Shown here: piece by piece, positions 27,078 to 34,543 of the stretch
Numbering within the stretch: position 1 is the first letter of the stretch
Layout: each line of letters starts with the position of its first letter
Assembly: GCA_036277075.1 (NCBI GenBank)
Contig: DASUNQ010000108.1
Location: 1 to 49,325 of the forward strand
Length of the DNA: 49,325 nucleotides
DNA from: Thermoanaerobaculia bacterium
GTDB taxonomy: Bacteria > Acidobacteriota > Thermoanaerobaculia > Multivoradales > UBA5704
Direction: 5' to 3'
The notes under the pieces: model-generated
What the model was told of the DNA's origin: nothing
Seen by the model: only the letters and a program-made list of their open reading frames with translations
Database searches by the model: none
Translations under genes and position numbers: made by a program

Positions 27078-28277
27078 ATGCACTCCGATGATCGCATCAC
27101 CTACTTCGCCCGCACCAACCACCGCAACACGCGGACGCTTTTTGGCATTCGCAGGCGCGATCGGCTCATGCACCTCTACACCATCGGCCGGACCGGCACC
27201 GGCAAGTCCACACTCCTGAAGACCCTCGTCCTCCAGGACCTTGAGGCCGGAGAAGGCCTGGCGCTCTTCGATCCGCACGGGGATCTGGTCGAGGAGGTGG
27301 TGAAGCTCGTACCCGCCGCCCGGCGGGCTGACGTCCTGTACCTCAATGTCCCGGACAGCCGCTGCCGCTTCTCCTTCAACCCCTTCGCCGGCATCCCGGC
27401 CGGCAAGCGGGCGCTCGCGGCCGCCGGCATGGTCGAAGTCTTCAAGAAGCTCTGGCCGGACGATTGGGGACCGCGGCTTGAGCACCTGCTGCGCAACGTC
27501 GTCTTCACCCTCCTCGAGACGCCGGGAGCAAGCCTGGCCGACATCCCGCGACTCCTGGCCGACCGGGACTACCGACGAGGAGTCGTCGCCGGCGTCACCA
27601 ACGAAGAAGTCCGCGCCTTCTGGCGTGACGAGTACGAACGCTACAGCCCCGGTATGCGGGGAGTGGTGGTAGCGCCCCTGCAGAACAAGGTGGGAGCGTT
27701 CCTGACGGACCCGCGGCTGCGGGAGATCCTCGGAGCCGAGCAGTCCAGCTTCGATCTGCGGCAGGTCATGGATAAGGGACGGATACTCCTGGTGAACCTC
27801 GCCCGCGGGAGAATCGGCGAGGGGCCGGCGGCGCTCCTGGGATCGCTCTTGGTCTCCTGCCTGAGCCTCTCGGCTTTCGGGAGAGCAGAGCGGCCGCAGG
27901 AAGGCCGCCGCGACTTCTACGTCTACCTCGACGAGTTCCACACCTTCGCCACCCTCACCTTGGCGACCATGCTCTCCGAGCTGCGGAAGTACCGCGTAGG
28001 ACTTGTACTCGCCCACCAGTATCTCTCCCAGCTTGAGACGGAGGTTCGGGATGCAGTCTTTGGGAACGCAGGGACATTCATTGTCTTTCGGGTCGGAGCC
28101 CTTGACGCGCCAATCGCTGCCCGCGAGCTCGCCCCGACGTTCGCGCCAGAGGACTTGATCTCCCTGCCCAACTACAACATCTACCTGCGGCTGATGATCC
28201 GCGGTCAGCCAAGCAAGCCGTTCAGCGCGACAACGGAGAGATGGGAACATCTTGACGGCTACGCGCACCTCTGCTAA
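27078..28277 (+). CDS. TraD/VirD4-like DNA-translocase ATPase (T4SS-DNA_transf family), core only
   Basis: ITYFARTNHRNTRTLFGIRRRDRLMHLYTIGRTGTGKSTL (Walker A), FYVYLDEFH (Walker B), LVLAHQYLSQL. Paralogous to the central part of 34544..37561. Confidence 0.8.
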   Translation: MHSDDRITYFARTNHRNTRTLFGIRRRDRLMHLYTIGRTGTGKSTLLKTLVLQDLEAGEGLALFDPHGDLVEEVVKLVPAARRADVLYLNVPDSRCRFSFNPFAGIPAGKRALAAAGMVEVFKKLWPDDWGPRLEHLLRNVVFTLLETPGASLADIPRLLADRDYRRGVVAGVTNEEVRAFWRDEYERYSPGMRGVVVAPLQNKVGAFLTDPRLREILGAEQSSFDLRQVMDKGRILLVNLARGRIGEGPAALLGSLLVSCLSLSAFGRAERPQEGRRDFYVYLDEFHTFATLTLATMLSELRKYRVGLVLAHQYLSQLETEVRDAVFGNAGTFIVFRVGALDAPIAARELAPTFAPEDLISLPNYNIYLRLMIRGQPSKPFSATTERWEHLDGYAHLC

Positions 28278-28452
28278 TCTCCGCCGTTGAGCTAATGCTG
28301 ATACGCATGCTTGGATCGCTATATAGGTATCCCACGCCTCCTTCTCCCAGTCCTGCGCCGCTCCTGATATGCGCCCCCCAACAGCGTTCTAGGGCGCCTC
28401 GACCGATATAACCGCCCACGATTTGACCATTCAACCCGCAACGAGAGAACGA

Positions 28453-30444
28453 ATGGCAACGACTCCTCTGCAAGTCGTACGCCTCACACAGCTCGACGCA
28501 GTAAACGTCCGCCAGTTCGGTGGCAAGGTCTCGAACCTTGCCCAGCTCACTATGGCGGGTGTCGACGTTCCTCCAGGTGTGGCACTCGGCAAGGAAGTGC
28601 TTGCCCATTTTCTCAGCGAAAATGGAATCAATTTGCCGGCCCTCGAACAACTTCATAATCGAGGGATGATTTTCCTGGAGTCCGCGCTTCAAGAAGCTCA
28701 GGTTTGGCAAGCAAGAATCGTGGATACAATTCATAAGGGGGATCTACCGAGCGCGATTTCGGATGCTTTGCTTGAGAACCTCGACAATCCCGACCGAGTG
28801 TTTGCCGTTCGGTCCTCTTGTGTAGTGGAAGATTCAGCATCTACGTCCTTTGCAGGACAGTATGTAACTGTGCTCGCTGTTTCTGGACGCGAAGCAATCC
28901 TGGATGCAATCCGTTCATGTTGGGCATCTCAGTATGACGGACGAGTACTTACTTATGCTATTAGTCGGCGTGGCATGCCTGTTCTAGTGCCTTCAATGGC
29001 AGTGCTTGTCCAGGAAATGTTAACCCCCAGCTTTGCTGGCGTTTGCTTCACCGAGGGTCCGACACCTCGTACGAAAGAGTTGATGATCATTGAAAGTGTG
29101 GTGGGGGTCGGCGAGGCTCTTGTCAGCGGAGAGCGTACGCCCGCACATTTCGAGCTAAGGCAGGACGGCGAACTGCACCGAGCGATGGTTCCTGCAGATG
29201 GAAAGACTCCTTCCGAAGCACAAATCGCGAGTATCGCCGCGGAGGCGCGGAAGATCGCCGGCTTCTTCGGCCGCCCCCAAGACGTCGAGTGGGCGCTTGT
29301 GGACGACAGACTCTTCATACTTCAGGCAAGGCCGATTACCGTTCTCGGAGGCGAGCGGGCTGCGACAACTCTAACTTTGCTAGGGGGCAGGACGGAAGAA
29401 GTTGGGCGACCTGCGACTGTCGAGACTAGTTCAGCGGTACTACGAGATGATCTCCATGAATGGCTGATATCACGGGTTGATCCACTGGTCTACCGGGGCT
29501 GTTCGTACCTCCTATCCAAGCAGCAACAGGATGGTTCCTGGAAGATTGAGGGCCATCCCGAATGGGATTGCGTTGCCACGGCATTGATGGTGAAGCTGCT
29601 TATCGATGGTGGTGTTCCAGGTTCGCTGGCTTGGTCGCTTCCAAGGGGGGATCACGAATCACCCGTGCTTGGGGTACAGGCTGCTGTGGCCTGGCTGGCG
29701 AGAAATGTTGGGGATGACGGAGGTTGGGGCACCGATTTGTGGGATTCATGCCAGGTATTGCGCGCGTTAGTTCGATCGAGCTTTAGCTTAGATGAGCCGA
29801 TTTTAGCCAAGGCTTTCTCTCACGTTATGGATCAATTAGCGAGGGGCGTGACCAGTGTTGCAGATCAGGAGTGGGCTGGTGCGGGCTTCGTCGCCGTCGC
29901 ATTGCAGCTACTTTCCGAAAGTGGTAGATCTCCTGCGGTCAAAGATCTCGTAACGCTTCTTCTTGATACTCAGACTGCCGATGGAGACTTTCCGGCGCTC
30001 CATGCCAGTGGTGATCGTGTTCCTTCCGAGTGGCATACAGCGCAGGTCATAACTAGTCTTATGCAGTGCTGTGCTGACGATGCACACGCGGCGACTGCTG
30101 CAAGCAAAGCACTGGAATGGCTTCTTTCCCGGCAACACTCAGACGGCTCCTGGGGGGTGAGCGCTGGACCATATGCCCACTATAATACGTTTTTCACCTC
30201 CTATGCTGTGATAGCTCTTTCTAGTGCGGGCTATTCACCCGCTACTGAGCAACTCGCGAGGGCGGTTCGGTGGTTACGCGGAAAGCAGGTGGCCTCTGGA
30301 GCATTCGGCGACATCGCTTCCTCGCTGATGGCAATGACAGCATTTCAAGTGGTGTATGGGCCATTGTTTGCTCTCGAACTCCCTTTACCCCTTTTTCTGC
30401 GAGTCCAACATTGTCTCAGCACCATCGACCAACTAGCACACTAG
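28453..30444 (+). CDS. Fusion protein: PPDK_N-type ATP-grasp (PEP synthase / rifampicin-phosphotransferase-like) domain plus alpha/alpha-toroid prenyltransferase/squalene-cyclase-like repeat domain
   Basis: N-terminal blocks FAVRSSCVVEDSASTSFAGQY, MAVLVQEML, GVGEALVSGERTP, DVEWALVDDRLFILQARPIT. C-terminal repeats SKQQQDGSWK, GDDGGWG, TQTADGDF, RQHSDGSWG, KQVASGAFG. ATG 28453 follows GAGAGAA. Confidence 0.8.
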   Translation: MATTPLQVVRLTQLDAVNVRQFGGKVSNLAQLTMAGVDVPPGVALGKEVLAHFLSENGINLPALEQLHNRGMIFLESALQEAQVWQARIVDTIHKGDLPSAISDALLENLDNPDRVFAVRSSCVVEDSASTSFAGQYVTVLAVSGREAILDAIRSCWASQYDGRVLTYAISRRGMPVLVPSMAVLVQEMLTPSFAGVCFTEGPTPRTKELMIIESVVGVGEALVSGERTPAHFELRQDGELHRAMVPADGKTPSEAQIASIAAEARKIAGFFGRPQDVEWALVDDRLFILQARPITVLGGERAATTLTLLGGRTEEVGRPATVETSSAVLRDDLHEWLISRVDPLVYRGCSYLLSKQQQDGSWKIEGHPEWDCVATALMVKLLIDGGVPGSLAWSLPRGDHESPVLGVQAAVAWLARNVGDDGGWGTDLWDSCQVLRALVRSSFSLDEPILAKAFSHVMDQLARGVTSVADQEWAGAGFVAVALQLLSESGRSPAVKDLVTLLLDTQTADGDFPALHASGDRVPSEWHTAQVITSLMQCCADDAHAATAASKALEWLLSRQHSDGSWGVSAGPYAHYNTFFTSYAVIALSSAGYSPATEQLARAVRWLRGKQVASGAFGDIASSLMAMTAFQVVYGPLFALELPLPLFLRVQHCLSTIDQLAH

Positions 30445-30462
30445 TGTTGGAGCGCCGACAGA

Positions 30463-31560
30463 ATGACCGACTTTAGCCCGCCGCCACTCTCTTCCCTTGT
30501 TCCTGTACTTGCCGCACTTCCAGATGAGCTTCTGCCGTGGATCACGGAAAAGCACGTAGCATATCTAGACGACCGCATACATAAGATCGAGGTTTTGACC
30601 GACTATTTGGCTGGATGCGATGCCGTCGCGGGGCAGCGAGAAGAGTTTGTTACTTTCGTCGATAGTTGGACTCAGCAAGAGCCCGTGGATCTTCCTGCAT
30701 ATATGGGAGAGTATCGCCATCGCTTTGCGACGGTACGGAGTTCGGTCGAGGCCCAATGTGAGCGGATCATGCTCGATGACGCTCTTTGGGCTTCATCGTC
30801 AGAGCTTCTTCGTTTCTGGCGGGACTTTGCTCTGGTAAACGAGACCGATAGTTTGCATGGAATGTTTCTCACATCCGGTCGTTGGTACGTCAACGTCATG
30901 TTGCCGATTGTACGAGAGTTGGTGTTCTGCACTCTCCCGGACGAAATCCATGGAGAAGAGCGGCCACGTCTCGCCTATTGGATCGCACGGCGAGTGATTA
31001 CGCCCCGCTTCGCCGAAGCTCCGAGTGATTATGCGCCTGCGCTAGAGCGCCGTTTCGCAGCTCTCTTCATTCCAGTACTTCAGTTCTATGATCGAAAGCT
31101 CTTGTTCCTCTTTCAGCAGATGGAGAAGCTGCCTCTGCCTGCCGAGTACACTCTCGTAGACTTTGTTCGCGATGTCGGAACGAAGTCAACCTTATATCGC
31201 GATCTTCTCGAAGCTGGCATTTACCCACCCTTTGCCTGGCACGAGCTGCACGCGAGTCGTCGGCCGCGCCGACCTGGGCGCGCGTATGAGGAGGCAGTAC
31301 GGCCATTGCTGTCGACTGTTTCTCCTCCTTTGCGGTCACGCGTCGACCAGGCGCTCGCCTTTCTATCTTACATGAAGGACTTTGAGCTCAACTATAATAA
31401 TTACAACTATAAAGGTAAGTTTGGCTTGATCTCCAAGTGGTTCTACTGGCGTACAAACCAGGCGCTGCCAGAGGCAGAGCGAGCGCCATTCCTTGACGCA
31501 ATCCTGGGCGATCGCTTTTTTGAGGCACTTGACCATCTGGAACAGGTTTGGAGACCTTAG
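30463..31560 (+). CDS. Hypothetical, predicted all-helical protein
   Basis: 365-aa ORF, 18 nt after the upstream stop. No motif recognised. Confidence 0.6.
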   Translation: MTDFSPPPLSSLVPVLAALPDELLPWITEKHVAYLDDRIHKIEVLTDYLAGCDAVAGQREEFVTFVDSWTQQEPVDLPAYMGEYRHRFATVRSSVEAQCERIMLDDALWASSSELLRFWRDFALVNETDSLHGMFLTSGRWYVNVMLPIVRELVFCTLPDEIHGEERPRLAYWIARRVITPRFAEAPSDYAPALERRFAALFIPVLQFYDRKLLFLFQQMEKLPLPAEYTLVDFVRDVGTKSTLYRDLLEAGIYPPFAWHELHASRRPRRPGRAYEEAVRPLLSTVSPPLRSRVDQALAFLSYMKDFELNYNNYNYKGKFGLISKWFYWRTNQALPEAERAPFLDAILGDRFFEALDHLEQVWRP

Positions 31561-31572
31561 AAGGAGTGATGT

Positions 31573-31902
31573 ATGGCATACACAATCGTCGGGATTAGTG
31601 CATCGCCCGGAAGCGCGCGCGGACCCGCAAGGTGGGTACAAACGGCGACAGATCTAGAAGAATTCCAGATCGGTGATATCTTGCTTGCTAAGATGACCTC
31701 GCCAGATTGGGGCCAGATCTTCCAGAAGGCTGGAGCCGTTGCTACTGAACAAGGCGGAATGCTGTGTCATGCTGCAATCGTGGCTAGAGAGGAGGGAATC
31801 CCAGCGGTTGTCGGGCTTGGCCCGGACCTCGCACGCATCACCAATGGAATGATTGTGGCAGTCGATGGAGACGAGGGCATTGTCGAGGTAGACGAAAGAT
31901 AG
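31573..31902 (+). CDS. Stand-alone PEP-utilising-enzyme mobile (phospho-histidine swivel) domain protein
   Basis: AAGGAG RBS. GGMLCHAAIVAREEGIPAVVG is the swivel-domain His signature. Only 109 aa. Confidence 0.85.
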   Translation: MAYTIVGISASPGSARGPARWVQTATDLEEFQIGDILLAKMTSPDWGQIFQKAGAVATEQGGMLCHAAIVAREEGIPAVVGLGPDLARITNGMIVAVDGDEGIVEVDER

Positions 31903-31950
31903 CGCCAAGGTATCGAATAGGCTAGAATAAACCCAATGAGGGGTACAAAC

Positions 31951-32520
31951 ATGGCAAACGTGACGATACTATACGAGGGGTATGTGAAGGAAGGAGATGA
32001 GGGCGACGTTGTCCGAAACACGGCCTGTTTAGTTACGGACGGCCGAGTCAAGATGATCGTTGACCCCGGCCTGGTCGAGTCGCCAGCGCTTCTACTAGAC
32101 GCCTTGAAGCGCCAACAGTTGACGCCAAAGGATATCACCCACGTGTATGTGACTCATTATCACATGGACCATGTGAGATATGTGGGACTTTTCGACGCCG
32201 CTCGAGTCATTGACTATAAATATTTCTATGACGGAGAGGTTTGGGGAGAACACCTTGGCGATGGCTATCAGATCACGGATAGCATCAGGATCCTGCACAC
32301 GCCAGGGCACACTATGGACGATTCTGCGTTGCTGGTGCAGACGACTGAGGGCGTGGTGGCAATTTCACACGTATGGTGGTTTCCGGATCGAACGCCGGAA
32401 GAGGATCCAATGGCGAGCGATCAGCAGCTACTCGAGGAATCGAGGAAGCGCGTGGAGGCAGCGGCAGATTGGATCATCACGCCTCACGGCGGGAAGCTAG
32501 ACGTGCGGGGTGGCAAGTAA
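31951..32520 (+). CDS. MBL-fold metallo-hydrolase
   Basis: HxHxDH motif THYHMDHV, later HTPGHT. ATG 31951 follows GAGGGG (alternative ATG 31936). Confidence 0.8.
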   Translation: MANVTILYEGYVKEGDEGDVVRNTACLVTDGRVKMIVDPGLVESPALLLDALKRQQLTPKDITHVYVTHYHMDHVRYVGLFDAARVIDYKYFYDGEVWGEHLGDGYQITDSIRILHTPGHTMDDSALLVQTTEGVVAISHVWWFPDRTPEEDPMASDQQLLEESRKRVEAAADWIITPHGGKLDVRGGK

Positions 32521-32532
32521 GAGGCGCGAGTA

Positions 32533-33240
32533 TTGGCTTCTCAAGAACGACCCGCTGGTAGCCCACAGCGAAAACGTCAGCGATCCCTAGTTGTAACTGG
32601 AGCGACTTCTCCCATTGGGAGGGCGATATTTCTATGGGCAAAGGGTAACCGTTTTCAGGCTATTGGTACAGTACGGAGCAGCCGGCGTGGCGGCGGTGGA
32701 GATTCAAATGACTCCTTTCTTTACTGTGACTTTGGCGATCCTGAATCTGTGACAAATTGTGTGAAAGCCATCCATTCAGTGGCTCCAGAGGTCGATGTCC
32801 TAGTCAACAATGTATCAGCTTGGCACCAAGGCGGCTTGCTTAGTCAGGAACCGATTGCTATCCGACAGGATATAGACATCACTTTAGGAGGCACTCTCGA
32901 CTTCACGAGGCGCATGTTACCATCACTTCTCTCTTGCGGCGGCCTTGTTATCAATCTGTGCAGCACCGCTGGAACACAACGTCATTGGTCTTTGAATACA
33001 ACCTACGTCACGGCAAAGGCTGGGCTCGCTGTGTTCGGTCACGCGCTTCGACGTGAGCTAGCGGGCTCAGGGTTGCGAGTGACAAATCTTCACCTTGGAG
33101 CCGTCGACGATGGGGACGCCGGAACTAAAGGTTGTCTACCCATAGCGGCAATCGTGCAAGTCATATCGCTAGTGGTTAACCTCCCACGCGCGGCCATAGC
33201 CGATGCGGTTATCCTCACTCCTGCGTGTCGCGACTATTGA
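32533..33240 (+). CDS. Short-chain dehydrogenase/reductase (SDR)
   Basis: VTGATSPIGRAI cofactor motif, NNVSA, YVTAK (YxxxK). TTG start preceded by AAGAGG. Confidence 0.8.
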   Translation: MASQERPAGSPQRKRQRSLVVTGATSPIGRAIFLWAKGNRFQAIGTVRSSRRGGGGDSNDSFLYCDFGDPESVTNCVKAIHSVAPEVDVLVNNVSAWHQGGLLSQEPIAIRQDIDITLGGTLDFTRRMLPSLLSCGGLVINLCSTAGTQRHWSLNTTYVTAKAGLAVFGHALRRELAGSGLRVTNLHLGAVDDGDAGTKGCLPIAAIVQVISLVVNLPRAAIADAVILTPACRDY

Positions 33241-33851
33241 GCCGTATACGAGTGAGCGGTCAGCCGCCCATTATTGCGCTTGTGGGCCTGACGACAGCTG
33301 GCAAAACCACGGTTTCGCAACTTCTCGAAGCGCGGAGCCTGGCACGTCGGCTGATCATGCTGACAACAAGGCCGCCGCGGTTGGATGATCCTACAGGTTG
33401 GTTCGATTACGTGACAGAGATTGTTCCACGGACTGGTGATATTGTCTTTGAGGGGTGGGGACAGTCCCGGTACTGTGTCCGTGGGGAGTCGATACGGCGC
33501 CTGAGGGAGCTCGGCAACTGGCCGATTCTAGACCTCGGTGACGTTGAGCCCGCGTTGTGGGTTAAAGAACGTTACCATCCTACTGTTATCGTAATGGTTG
33601 CGCGTGAGGTTACGGCTGAGAGAGTGCAAACTGTCTGCAAGGCGCGCGGGATGGCGAGAAATGCGATTGAGGAGCGAGTCCGTGGACTGGAGGCTGATCG
33701 ACATGATCTCGCGGCGCATGTTTGGGCCGTCGACTTTGTGCTAGAGAATAGCGGGTCAGTGGAGGAGACGATGCGGAATATCGACGCACTCGTACAGATG
33801 ATCTCACAATCGATGGCGGAGAGTGATGAAGTAGGACGGACCAGGGCATGA
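33225..33851 (+). CDS. Guanylate-kinase-like P-loop kinase
   Basis: Walker A GLTTAGKTT and a TTRPPR...G..Y segment as in the guanylate kinase/PhnN family. Overlaps both neighbours. Confidence 0.65.
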   Translation: MSRLLSRIRVSGQPPIIALVGLTTAGKTTVSQLLEARSLARRLIMLTTRPPRLDDPTGWFDYVTEIVPRTGDIVFEGWGQSRYCVRGESIRRLRELGNWPILDLGDVEPALWVKERYHPTVIVMVAREVTAERVQTVCKARGMARNAIEERVRGLEADRHDLAAHVWAVDFVLENSGSVEETMRNIDALVQMISQSMAESDEVGRTRA

Positions 33852-34531
33852 TGCAACTACGCGGGTCGGTAATCAGTCACTGGCATATTCTGTTAGAAGA
33901 ATTCTCCACTTCAACTCAAGAGTTCTACAAGGCGGTTGAGCAGGCTGTACGCGAGCGCAATCTGCCGGAGGTCGAGCTCTCCCGTGTCCTCTTCAAAGAG
34001 GGCGGGATTGGAACAGCACAGCGCGAGTACCTCCGCGTCCAGCGAAAGCGCGTTGCCTTCGACATCTGCTCGGCGCCGTACGGCAACGGCCACTTCTTCT
34101 CCTGGTGGCTCGCCAAGATCCCTGCAAAGTACGGGCTCCTCATCGTGGCAGCGGCCATCCTCGTCGGGCTGCCGGTGTGGGCGATCTTCGCGACCATCCT
34201 CACGAAGATCTTTGAGGGCGCCTGCTTCAGCTTCGTTCTCGGCCCGCTCATGTTCTTGCTCGGCATTCCCGTAATCCTTCTCGGGCTTGGCTCCCTGGTC
34301 GAGCGCGGCATGATCGGGGACGAGGAGTGGGTACTCTCTATCCCGTGGGTTGGCTACCTCTACGCGGTTGTCTTCAACCCCACGACCTACTACCGCCAGG
34401 ACACGGCCATGATGTTCCGCGACTCGCTCCGATCAGCGGTGAACGAAGTCATCAACGGCCTGCGGACGGAGAAGGGACTGCGGGGCCTCGGCGAGCAGGA
34501 ACTGGCGCCCGAGGGTGAAGGGACGGCATAG
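33848..34531 (+). CDS. Integral membrane protein
   Basis: ATGA overlap with the kinase stop. Hydrophobic helices LLIVAAAILVGLPVWAIFATILT and FSFVLGPLMFLLGIPVILLGLGSLV. Confidence 0.6.
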   Translation: MMQLRGSVISHWHILLEEFSTSTQEFYKAVEQAVRERNLPEVELSRVLFKEGGIGTAQREYLRVQRKRVAFDICSAPYGNGHFFSWWLAKIPAKYGLLIVAAAILVGLPVWAIFATILTKIFEGACFSFVLGPLMFLLGIPVILLGLGSLVERGMIGDEEWVLSIPWVGYLYAVVFNPTTYYRQDTAMMFRDSLRSAVNEVINGLRTEKGLRGLGEQELAPEGEGTA

Positions 34532-34543
34532 CATTCGGCATCA

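Noticed and set aside
26775-28268. 497-aa minus-strand ORF; likewise 37884..38993 -, 22808..23620 +, 34975..35772 - and 36083..37195 -
   Set aside because: Each lies antisense to, or out of frame with, a gene carrying unambiguous motifs (TraD-like ATPases, serine recombinases) and has no motifs of its own.
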